Shown: in pieces, positions 1-10,245 of the stretch
How the letters are laid out: every line of letters starts with the position of its first letter
Position numbering within the stretch: position 1 is the first letter of the stretch
Source of the DNA: Vicugna vicugna
Lineage: Eukaryota
Assembly: GCA_013265495.1 (NCBI GenBank)
Contig: MU058584.1
Coordinates: 2,575,599-2,604,492, forward strand
Reading direction: 5' to 3'
Length of the DNA: 28,894 nt
The notes under the pieces: model-generated
What the model was told of the DNA's origin: nothing
Seen by the model: the letters and a program-made list of their open reading frames with translations, nothing else
Databases searched by the model: none
Program-made: the position numbers and the translations under genes

Positions 1-1081
1 GGAGCTCAGCTTGGCTTTTTCCATGAAACTAGTAGTCGCTCCATCAGAAAAACTCAGTGGTTCAGTTATTTGACTCAATCATCCAGCTGTTCCTGGGTTG
101 TAAGTGTATTGCAGAGCCCAGGGGGAAATGCCCCAGTTGAACAGAGAGGAGGGAATGGCGAGCGATGTCTTGTGGCTTTTTTTTTTTTAATCTCGGCAGA
201 CAGATGCATTTGAGAGAAGAATCCAGCTGAGGGGGACAGCACACACAGCTTCCTTTTGTCCGTCTGTCAGGACTGGCACCAAGTTCTTGGCAACCTTTTG
301 GGAGCCTCTGTGCCTGGGCTGGGTTAACTTGGCCTCATCCGTTTAAGAATATTTGATTTGATTGCACAGCAAAATGCTTTTGAAAAGCTGGGCTATTATC
401 CCTGAAATAGAAAAATTAAAAAAATTTGAAAAGCACCTTTGAAGTCAGCTACCCAAATGAAACTTGTGACATCAGAGCGATGGCAGATAAGTGGGGGGTG
501 CAGAACAAGGCTGTCATTGACCGCCGAGCGGGCCAGGCCGATGCCACACTTTACACCCTAGCAATATAAGTCAAAGATGAAAGATGCTCCGGGCAGCTCG
601 CCTGACCCCTGTGCCTCTCTTATCTCCAGCTGATTGCACAGTGTTTCTCTCTGAACAATCCCTCACTGTCTCCCTGGTGCAGGTGAACCTCAGCAGAAGA
701 GGGGCTTGGGCGTCTTGGCCAGGTTGTAGGAATGCCATGCATAGCACAGGGGGCCAGAGGAGGGCTTGCTCGAATCAAGCACCGTCTTTATTACTCCTCT
801 TATCCTCTGGATGCTGAGGACAGAACAGCTAAGTGCAAATCGAGGGCAGCAAAGAAAGCCCAGGGCGTGTGTGGTGACAGACAGGCAGCTCTCTCTCCCA
901 CTGATAGACCATCAGAGACCGAAAACAAACTCCAGCTGCCACGCTGCCCCCGTGCATTTACATACAGCGTGCTAGAGCCATGTCACAGCGTGAATCTGAA
1001 CAGACCTGGACTGAGTTCTGCACCTCTTCTTCTATAGCACCTAGTTCCTGAAAAGTCTAATTGCTAAGGACAGTCCATCAA

Positions 1082-1137
1082 CAGATCTCAGACTTGATCG
1101 TAGCATCAGACTCTCCTGAAGGACTTGCTAAACCACG
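1082..1137 (+). mobile_element. MER5A-like hAT-Charlie DNA transposon fragment
   Basis: ctcagacttgatcgtagcatcagactctcctgaaggacttgctaaaccac resembles the recalled MER5A start (ctcaaacttgagcgtgcatcagaatcacctggagggcttgttaaaacac). Confidence 0.5.
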
Positions 1138-1149
1138 AGTAGAAGTGAG

Positions 1150-1230
1150 ATTCACTCAAGTTGAATACAGTTCAACAAAAGTCAGGTGCTAATCTAAGTG
1201 CTGAGGGTACAAAGATGAATAAGGGACTGT
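1150..1230 (-). mobile_element. L2 LINE 3' end fragment
   Basis: attcactca...ttcaacaa...gtgctgagggtacaaagatgaataag matches the reverse-complemented L2 3' tail pattern. Confidence 0.5.
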
Positions 1231-1891
1231 AGTTAAACCTTTCAAGACAATCTAAGCTCTGTCTAGAGCAAAAATGGGATCAAATAAAGCCACTGGTATC
1301 AAATAAACCCCTACACTGAGTCTTCTCCCAGCAGAGCATTTGGGGAATCAGCAGAGTGGGTCTGCAACTTTAACAGAAAGAAGTAAAGACACCTTGTATC
1401 TACTATTAGGAACTGGTGGAACATGCAGTTTAGGAAGGGAATTGGGGAGAGAGATGGTTCACTGTGTTAAAATTTTTAATTTATTTTTTATTAAAAAAAT
1501 GTTTTTTTAAGGACAGAGGCAGGATAGCTGTGCATGTCTGGAAGGTAGACTGGAATGGAAATCCATGAAACTGAAGGCAAGGAAACGAGGACGAAGATGA
1601 AAGGACAGAAGGAAGGTAGAGTCATTGTCAACTGCACAATTAGGTGGAGGAAATAAACAAAATAATTCTGATTCCATTTCCCCTGGAGTCTGACTTAGGC
1701 ACCCATAAAAGAAAGGAGTCTCAGGGAGACTTCCAAGCCTTCCTCTGCCACACTTTTTCACTCTCTTTCACTGCTGCCAGTTCCTGTAGCTTCCCTGGGT
1801 TATCTAGGGCAGTTGAGGCAGAAGAGGACAATCCACCCTCAAACTGGCAATGTCTTGATTGCTCCCAGTCTTCCTTTTCTGAGCTGATCTC

Positions 1892-2233
1892 CATTCATTC
1901 ATTCAGTAGCAATGCTGAGCAGCTCCTGTGTTCCCAGTAGTGCCCTGGGCTCAGAGGGGGCAAGATCTATACTCAAAAGCATATGACATCATCTCTGTCT
2001 TCAGGAAGCTTACAGGAGACAAGAAGGCACTCTTAAAAAGGTATTTCTCCTTGACGAGCAATTGCAAAATACTGTAAGAGGTGCTACAATGTATAAGTGA
2101 TTGACCCCTGCGAGTAATCCAGAGTAGGAGAGTAGAGAACAGTCTCCACTGAGGAGTAAGAGGGGAAGTCAGAGTGAAAAATGAGTAGATATAAGACAGT
2201 CAGAGAAGATGAGTGGATGGAGAGAGAGAGGGA

Positions 2234-2328
<95 letters not shown>

Positions 2329-2590
2329 GAAGAAAGGAAGGAAGGAAGGAAGAAAAGAAAGGGAGAGGGAGGGAGGGAGGGAGGGAGGGAGGAAGGAAGG
2401 AAGAGAGGAAGGAAGGAAGAGAGGAAAAAAAGGAGGTGGGAATGCATGTAGTAAATTGAAGGGCAGTACAAAGCTTATCTTGGTGAGTAAGGGGGTTAGA
2501 GCCACCTGGAGCAGGTTGAAAAGAGACTGACTAAAGCCCTGCAGACTGTCCTAAGGACTTCTGACATTATTTTCCAGATAAGAGGAAATC
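1892..2590 (-). mobile_element. L2 LINE 3' region, interrupted by the GAAA/GGAA microsatellite
   Basis: Begins with the cattcattcattca L2 tail, then gctcctgtgttccc...tctctgtcttcaggaagcttacag; L2-like sequence resumes after 2440 (ctgtcctaaggacttctgacattatt). Confidence 0.55.
2219..2436 (+). repeat. Compound polypurine microsatellite: (GA)n, (GAAA)24, (GGAA)n, (GGGA)n
   Basis: 24 perfect GAAA units at 2232-2327; no pyrimidine on the + strand from 2219 to 2436. Confidence 0.98.
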
Positions 2591-4690
2591 AACCATGCAC
2601 TTCATCCACTCGTCTATCCAATCCACACTCATGGAGCAGATACTGTGGGCCAAGAACAGGGTTCACTTGCAGGCTTAGAAATCAGTACAACTACTCCCGG
2701 CTCCTTAAGGGCTCACTGCCCAGTAGGGCGACCCCATGGAATAACTAACTGGCTTCTACATGGTAAAAGGAGGGAGCTTTAAAGGGTGAGCCCATCAGAA
2801 AATGTATCCTGCTGTGAAAGCTCCCTAGGACCACCCTGCCAGGGAGCCACTGGTGTCTCACAGCCCAGCAAACAATCTATCTGAATAGACCATTTCTGTG
2901 AAAAGAAAACTTTCAACAGCTAGAAGATCAAAGGAGTGATTCCAGTGCCGTAGTCGATTTCAACTTTCTTTTGTCCTTGGTGGATTCTGCAAAGCACCAT
3001 CCTTCAGTCTCTTACCGCCCACTCCTCTCCCTGCCCTTAGTGTAATTCCACGCAAGAGAGGAGCAGTGCTGGCCTGGGACTCTGAACTAAGGGGACTTGG
3101 GGGTTACATCCTAAAGCCCTCTCCACAAGCAATTTTCCCCGTCAGTCACTTTTCTTCCTATTAGCAAGAAGGAGCCCAGTACGCCTGCTGCTGTGCGTGG
3201 ATTCCGGGTCACCGCTGTGCCCCGTGTAATTTAGGAACCTCTTTGATTATGCAGGTGAATAGCTCTACTTGTTTCCCAGGCAGATGTTTGGTTGAAGTCC
3301 CTTCCCTGTGATTATGATTTTCTTTGGTCAAAAGGAGAGTAACTTGAGAAAGCTGGTCCAGGAATGAAGGACAGGGAGGCAGCCACGAGATGAATTTTTG
3401 AACTCTCCGGACTGCATTTTTTGACCAGACAATCCCTGAGCCAACCTTATTATTAGGTGTAATTACCAGCCCCAGGCAAAGCTTCGGGGCCCCTATGGAG
3501 GACGGAGCCCACAGTTGTAGGTGCCACCATGTTAAGCTCTGCTCTTTCATGCACAATCATCCTACCAATCGAGGGGTAACGAACCCCTGGGTGATCATCG
3601 GGTCAAGGTGCTCCAAATGCCAAAAGACCTTGATAGGATCCTAAAGAATATTAAACATCCATCATTAGAACCTTAAAAGGTAAACATACCTGGGCCCCAC
3701 TTAAAAACACTGAAGGTGTGTTTAATGCAACATTTTCCCCAATACTAATAATTGGAAAATAATTAAAGCCTCTCCTCCCCCCTCCCCCCACAAAAGACAG
3801 GCATCAGCTCCAGGCTTGTTAATTTGATGACGCTCCTGGGAGATGGAAGTAGGTGTTGGTTTAAGGAATACTCAACCCTATTTCATATGAGCCACAGTCA
3901 CTTATCAGATACATCGCTGGCCGTAGGCTGCTCTTTTTTTCACAATGTAATTGTGAAAAGCATGCAAATTCTTACAGCAGGACATATTGTCTCCATAATG
4001 CACCTCACTTTGTCCCGCTGAAGCATTCAGAGAGGAAAAGAGCGTTAGTGAGAACGTGTGCCCCTGGGACATGAGAAGAATGCCAGGAGCCTGGGGGTGC
4101 AGACTGAACCAGCCCTTCACAAGCAAGACGTTTCCATGAGGAGTCACACTTTATCTTGAACATTGATGAAGATATAGCACCTCGCTTCATAGTATATCTG
4201 TGCTCCACTCCCAACAATGACTTAAATTACTTATATCCCTAAAATCGATGTTCCAGAAAAGTTTGTGATGTGCATTCTGGAGCTAACCTTGTGTACCCCA
4301 GAGGACTGGTCCTCCAGCTTGAGAAACAGGGCCACAAAGGATGCAGTGTCTTCGTGAGGAGACAGACCACCAGCCCCATTCTTATTCACAGAAAGAAACC
4401 AGCCCAACGGAGAGCAGCTTGTAGGTATCTTAGCTAATCTTAGACATTTGGGGCCCCGGTCATTGTCTACTGAGGCAGATCGCTGAGCCCCATTCTAACT
4501 GCTTGGGATGCAGATGTAAGAGAATGATGTTATCTTATTATCTCATTGTATAAATCAGGTATTCAAGGGTTTTAAAGGGTGCTGAGAAGTTGAAAATTGA
4601 GATGTGAGGGGGGGTGTGTGCATCCTAAACAGGAAATGAGCTCAGCAGGGCATTAATGTACCACGTGGTACGAAATCAATGGAGAACCTG

Positions 4691-4819
4691 ATGGAACCAC
4701 AGAGGTAGTGAGAACTGGCTGGGTCCAGGTTATACCTGAAGGTAGATCCATTGATCTTAGGATACAATGAAGTCTAGCTTTAAACCCAGGCAGGTGAGCT
4801 GCGTAGCCACACATCCTGG
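4691..4819 (+). repeat. Copy 1 of a local diverged direct duplication (partner 5841-5981)
   Basis: Shares agaggtagtgagaactgg.tgggtccaggttata.ctg.aggt and ttaggataca.tga.gtctagctttaaacccaggcagg with 5841-5981. Confidence 0.9.
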
Positions 4820-5044
4820 AACCCTGAGCAGAGCAGTGAAGAAATGAGGCCTGGGTAACAGAACGAGGAGTCAAGAGCACCATCTAGAGGCAGAAAATTG
4901 CAGGTTGGCTGGGTCAAGCCGGGTAGGAACGAAGTGGAAGGAATGAGGGTCAACAGAGTATTTTCCAGGCTGCTGCAGAGACGACACACAGAGCACAGGT
5001 GGTGAGGACACAACCCTCAAAGGGAAAGTTATAACAAGAAGCTG

Positions 5045-5172
5045 TATTTACTGAGCACTTTTCAAGTGCCCAGCACTGGGTTAAGCGCATGGAGAGCTGT
5101 TATGAGAGGTGTGAGTCCTAGTCCCATTTTTCAGATGAGACAATTGAGACTTTAGAGAGATAAGCTCATCTA
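5045..5172 (-). mobile_element. MIR SINE
   Basis: tatttactgagcact...gtgcccagcactg...cccatttttcagatgagacaattgagactt is the MIR core in reverse orientation. Confidence 0.8.
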
Positions 5173-5239
5173 ACAAATTTCCTGTCTTCTTTTTCCCTTC
5201 TTCCCTTTCTCCTTCCTTCACTCCTCCCTTCTCTTCTTT

Positions 5240-5912
5240 ACATTCTATGCGTCGGTCACTGTCACAGGCACAACAAAAAACGAGAAAGACAGACCTGGCC
5301 CCTACAGAGCTCACACTCTAGTGGGGTGATAAACTAATTTTCTGTAGACTATAGAACACAAGATGTATAGCACACAGCCAGGCAATGAGAGCTACAGAGA
5401 ATAATGATGACCGACAGAGAGAGAGAGAGAGTAATGCTGATGGCAAAAGGGCTCCTATTTCATACAGATGCTCAGGGAAGGGCTCTCTGATAAGGTGACA
5501 TTTGAGCAGAGGCCGGAATGAAGGGCAGGAGGGAAACACCCAGCTATCTTTTGGGAAGACTGTTCTAGACAAAGAGAAAAAGCAAGTGCAAAATGTACTT
5601 GTGGGTTTGAGGAAGACCCAGGAGGCTGCTGTTACTGGAGCGGAGAACAAGACTGGCGATAATGAGAGAAGTCTGGAGAGTAACTGGAGCACGTGTGCAC
5701 AGGGTCTTCTAAGCCACGGTGGGGACCTGGGGATGTACGTGCAATGAGGATATACCAAGTTACTGGGGCAGAGTAGACTGTAAATGAACAATAGTGGAAA
5801 GGGATGAGGGAGGGGAGGTGACGATTCAAGTGACCTAGGCATGGAAATGATAGAGGTAGTGAGAACTGGGTGGGTCCAGGTTATATCTGGAGGTGAAGCC
5901 AATGGGACTTGG
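5240..5912 (-). mobile_element. L2 (L2a-like) LINE 3' region
   Basis: cctacagagctcacactctagtgggg, tcagggaagggctctctgataaggtgacatttgagcagaggcc and gcaagtgcaaa are characteristic reverse-strand L2 motifs. Confidence 0.85.
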
Positions 5913-5981
5913 CTTTAGGATACAGTGAGGTCTAGCTTTAAACCCAGGCAGGGGAACCGCAGCCCCATAGCCACACTCTGG
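5841..5981 (+). repeat. Copy 2 of the local diverged direct duplication (spans the L2 boundary and a MIR-like piece)
   Basis: Aligns by eye with 4691-4819, offset about 1150 bp, with two short indels. Confidence 0.9.
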
Positions 5982-6156
5982 CCAATACATCATACAGTAA
6001 GCTGTTGTCACTGCACCAGCCTTCTCCACCCTTCCTTTCCTCCTGTCACCATCCCCCACCCCCGCTGCTCTCGGCCTCCACCCAGGGCCTGCCAGCTGTC
6101 TCAGAATCTTCCCAGCTTGCCCTGGATGGGGTGCCTATCAATTGTTGATGAAGAAA

Positions 6157-6240
6157 GTTTCATCTCTCTGGATCTCAATTTCTTCATCCATAAAATGTCG
6201 GGGGTAGGATAATTGTCCTCTAAGGTCTCTTTTTATCTTT
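6157..6240 (+). mobile_element. MIR3-like SINE fragment
   Basis: ctctctggatctcaatttcttcatccataaaatg...aattgtcctctaaggtctc matches the MIR core plus the MIR3 tail. Confidence 0.7.
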
Positions 6241-6457
6241 GTTTTCTGTCATCTGTGATCTATTTCCCTATAATGTAGAAAGGAAAAAAAAATAGGTGAG
6301 ATTATGGATAGCTATGGAATTTTTTTTCCTGCAGGAAGTATATTTTTAAATGTTGCCTAAATAGTCCTCAAGCATCCTGCTCTGTTGCTCAGAAAGAATC
6401 CAGGTGCTGTAGAATCATTAGGTCTTTTGCAAAGTTGGGAGTTACATTGCTTAATTA

Positions 6458-6502
6458 GTATTTAATCAATTATTAATTAAAATTATATAAAATTAAAAAT
6501 TC
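6458..6502. mobile_element. MER3/MER33-like hAT element, left piece
   Basis: ttaattaaaattatataaaattaaaaattc continues directly into agttcctcagtc (7184) in the recalled MER3 consensus. Confidence 0.6.
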
Positions 6503-6510
6503 GCCTCCTA

Positions 6511-7180
6511 AGAAAATAGTTTGGTGCATTCTCAAAGAGTTAAACACAGAATTACCATATGACCCAGCAATTCCACTCCTAAGTATGTATCCAAAAGAGT
6601 TGAAAATGGGGACTTGAATGGAGCCTTGTACATGAATATTTGTAGAAGCACTATTTACAATAGCTAAAAGTTGGAGAAATCTGGACATCCATCAATGGAT
6701 GAAATGATAAACAAAACATGGTATGCATAATTAATGGAATATTACTCAGTCATGAAAAGGTTTGAAGTATTGATGCATGCTACAACATGGATGAGCCTTA
6801 AAAACATTGTGCTAAGTGAAAGAAGCCAGTCACACAAGGTTATATGATTCCTTTACATGGAATATCCAGATTAGATAATCCATAGAGACAGAAAGCAGAT
6901 TGATGGTTGCCAAGGACTCAGGGGATGGAGGACATGAAAAGTCACTGATTAATAAATACTGAATTTTTTTTGAGGTGTTGAAAATGTTTTAGCACTAGAT
7001 AGAGGCAGTGGTTGCACAGCCATGTGAATGTACTAAAGGTGATGGAATTGCACAATTTAAAGTCATTAATTTCTTGACACAACATTGTAAAATGACTATA
7101 GCTCAATAAAAAGTTTAAAAAATAAAAATAAATAAAATCATTAATTTCATGTTATGTGAATTTCACTTCCATAAAAAAGA
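6511..7180 (+). mobile_element. L1 (L1MB-like) ORF2 end and 3' UTR, 5' truncated
   Basis: gaattaccatatgacccagcaattccactcct, acaacatggatgagccttaaaaacatt.tgctaagtgaaagaagccagtcac, gagacagaaagcagattgatggttgcc; ends atgttatgtgaatttcac plus A-rich tail. Confidence 0.92.
7074..7133 (+). mobile_element. Ultra-short younger L1 3' tail inserted in the L1MB, with 15-bp TSD
   Basis: ttgacacaacattgtaaaatgactatagctcaataaa plus A-rich tail; flanked by aaagtcattaatttc (7059-7073) and aaaatcattaatttc (7134-7148). Confidence 0.8.
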
Positions 7181-7182
7181 AA

Positions 7183-7300
7183 TCAGTTCCTCAGTCTCAC
7201 TAACCATATTCAAGTGCTCAGTACCTAGTGGCTACCATGTTGGGCACAGCTAAACAGAGAACATTTCCATCGCTGTAGAAAGTTCTACTGGACAGCACTG
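7183..7300. mobile_element. MER3/MER33-like hAT element, right piece
   Basis: cagttcctcagtctcactaaccatattcaagtgctca...gtggctacc...gaacatttccatcgctgtagaaagttctactggacagcactg. Confidence 0.85.
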
Positions 7301-8683
7301 ACTTAGACAATGTGTGTTTTCTGAAACTGCTGTGGGGAGACTGCAGGAGTGGAGAAGGACGGGGAGTGCTAGATGCCCTTCCTCGTGGTCCCTTCGCTTC
7401 ACAGAGGCTCCACGCACACCATCACATGTCTGTTCTCCATCGCAGAGCAAGGAGCATCCTCCGCTCAACATTTCCAGCCAAACGCCCACCAGAGGGCACT
7501 CACATATCCCAGAAAACAACACGGAGAGGCATCAGAGCGCAAGGATCAAAACATATTTCCCACATTCAGGGCTGAACCAGTGGTAACAGAAGTGCGTTGA
7601 AAGCGAAGGCTAATATGACTGGTTCCATGTGACCTCTCCCATTCCCACTTGTGAAATTGTTCATAATTGGGGGAAATTTTCCTTCTCAGGTCATCTTGGA
7701 TCTCAGCCCAGTGTGAATTTGGTGAGTCTGTAGAAAGCTTAAGCTAAAGCAGTACGGTATGTTTTACATCAGCAAGAGAAAATAGATGCAGACTGCCCAG
7801 GCACATGCTCAAAGCAGATTAACGTGTGCACAGACAGAGCTCACGCAGATGTAAACGCTGACATCCCACTGCACAGAAATTGCCCATCCCTGCCCTCCAG
7901 CAGTAAACACCCACAGCAAACCAAAACACCATGCTTCACGAACATTCCAGGGAGATAATCCTCTGATGAAGGCAGCAGACCTTTAGTGAACAAATGTCAC
8001 CTCCGAGATAGGAACTACACCAAAATCACAATGAAAACATTTGAAACTCACCATCCCTCCTGGGCCGTTAGCCAGCGTGAGCACTGCTGTTTCATTGTTC
8101 GCATTTTCACGAGAATCATCTCACAACGCTCTTGCAATCAGGAAGCTGACCATTATCAGCGTCGGGCGCTGGCACTGCTGTCATTCTGCAAATCTCTGTG
8201 TGAAAAACCATTCTGTCAATTTTACCCCTGCAGAGTAACATTGTACAGGACACATTATTGCCTCTACCATTTGGCACTTGGAGAAGCTAAGATAAATTCC
8301 CTCCATTCCTGAATGTGGAAAAGTTTCGGGTTTAAACTATAAACCCACAGTCTTCTGGCAGTGGGAGAGCTGTCCCTTTAAGCCCCTCAGGACAGGAGTG
8401 TAGGTGTGACCTGCCCTGACAGTGGTTGCTTGCTTTGCCCAACGGACGTCAATGTAGGCTTTCCTCCCTCCTGTCTTCCCATCCTCCTCCCTTTCCTACC
8501 CTCTTTCCTTATGTCAGAGATGGACTTCTCAAAATTGGAACAGTCTCTCCTAATGCTCAGCTCTCCAAAATAAAGTGGACAAAGCCAGACTTCAGCCTTA
8601 GGCTAATGATGGCCAGTGGCATTACAAAGAGGAAAAATGACTAGTCCTTCTGCAGCTGAATATTTAGAAATGAGGGATCTTTT

Positions 8684-9355
8684 TTTTTTAGTTTTATTTT
8701 TTATTGAAGTGTAGTTGATTTACAATGTTAGTTTCAAATGCACAGCAAAGTGGTTCGGTTATACATATGCATGCATATATATTTTCTTTTCAGATTCTTT
8801 TCACTGTATGTTATGATAAGGAATTGAATATAGTGCCCTGTGCTATAAAGTAGGCTCTTGCTGTGTATCTATTTTATATATAGTAGTGTGTATCTGTTAA
8901 TCCCAAACTCCTAATTTATCCCTCCCTCATCTTTTTCCCTTTGGTAACCACAGTTTGTTTTCTACGTCCATGAGTCTATTTTTGGTTTGTAAATGGAATT
9001 TGTATAATTGTCTTTAGAGTCCACATATAAGTGATTCATATGGTATTTGTCTTTGTCTGACTTACTTCATATAATGTGATAATCTCTTGGTCCATCCACA
9101 TAGCCGCAAATGGCATTATTTCATTCTATTTTATGGCTGAGTAGTATTCCATTGCATAAATATACCACAACTTCTTTATCCAGTCATCTGTCGATGAACA
9201 TTTAGGTTGTTTCCATGTCTTGGCTATTGTAAATAGTGCTTCTATGAACATTGGGATGCATGTGTCTTTTCAAATTAGAGTTTTTTCTAGATACATGCTC
9301 AGGAGTGAGATTGCTAGATCAAATGGCAGCTCTATTTTTAGTTTTTTAGGAAATC
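8684..9355 (-). mobile_element. L1 3' end (cetartiodactyl-type), 5' truncated, with 19-bp TSD
   Basis: Poly-T, then ttattgaagtgtagttgatttacaatgtt...ttttatggctgagtagtattccattg...ttggctattgtaaatagtgct; TSD tagaaatgagggatctttt (8665-8683) / tagaaatgaggtatctttt (9356-9374). Confidence 0.95.
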
Positions 9356-9974
9356 TAGAAATGAGGTATCTTTTAAATGTCCTTTTATGTAGTGCTTTAT
9401 ATTTTATTTTTTGTATGTATAAAAATTTTACATTCACTTATTTTGTTGGTGTTCATGTTCTTTAGGTCTTTGGAATCCAAGACCAAAATGCCATTGAAAT
9501 TCCAAAGGACCATCACTCCCTCACCTTCTTCAGGTGACCTTAAATATCTTCACTCTCAAAAGTATTACATAGAATCAGCCACATGCAGACTAGTACTGTA
9601 ACTCAGGGAATTATTGGTCAACCCACACCCATTTACACAATCTTAATCTTACGTCCCCTTACACCACTTAAAACAAAATTTGCAAGAAAGAGCAAACTGT
9701 AAGCAGCATTTCCCAAAGAATGTTTCACAGAAAAGCAGTAACAGAAACACTAATGGAAAAAAAATGGACTTGATGGCCAAATAAATTTGGAAAACGTTGA
9801 GTGTTTGATTCTTCCCCTGGTCATTCACAGTTTGGATCAATATAGGGAAGGCTTTGAGGAGCTGCAATTCAGAAGCTCTACCCAGACATCCAAGATCTGT
9901 TTACAGGTCTTCATGTTCATGCCCAGCTTCTGCATCCTCCGCAGCTTTCTTCACAGAATGTTTGGGGCCCTGAG

Positions 9975-10245
9975 ATTTAGAAGTACCGGGTTCACACTCC
10001 CTTGGGAGGCTCAAGGCCAGGGATGACTGGGGCAGCAGTTGAGAAGCCTAGATCCTTGCCTTGATGTGGGACAAATTGTGCCAAGTAATTTAAGCTGCAG
10101 GGTTTCCTGGAGTTGAGGCTGAGTCTCACCTTCATCTGATGCTTCTTTCCTATTTCCTGCCTCCCTTCCTGCCTTCTCCAGGAAGCACTTCCTTCATAAA
10201 CCCCTGCCCCTGTTTCCTCCAGGTAGCCTTGGAGAGCCGTTTCAG
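9975..10245 (+). mobile_element. LTR16-like (ERVL) solo LTR remnant
   Basis: ccttgccttgatgtgggacaaattgtgccaagtaatttaagctgcag...aggctgag...ttctccaggaagcacttccttcataaa resembles the recalled LTR16 3' half. Confidence 0.65.

Noticed and set aside
2169..2530. Five overlapping ORFs with KERK or FLSF repeats
   Set aside because: They are translations of the stop-free GAAA/GGAA microsatellite.
5318..5902. Longest ORF in the track (194 aa, minus strand)
   Set aside because: It lies entirely within a decayed L2 3' region; low-complexity S/L/P composition and no recognisable domain.
6473..6688. ORFs 6473-6688 and 9220-9465 sharing an AIVNSAS.NI peptide
   Set aside because: Both are antisense translations of the L1 ORF2 3' end, a common artefact, not a paralogous gene pair.
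8765..8778. 14-bp palindrome ATATGCATGCATAT
   Set aside because: It falls in the alternating purine-pyrimidine stretch of the L1 3' UTR, where self-complementarity is expected.
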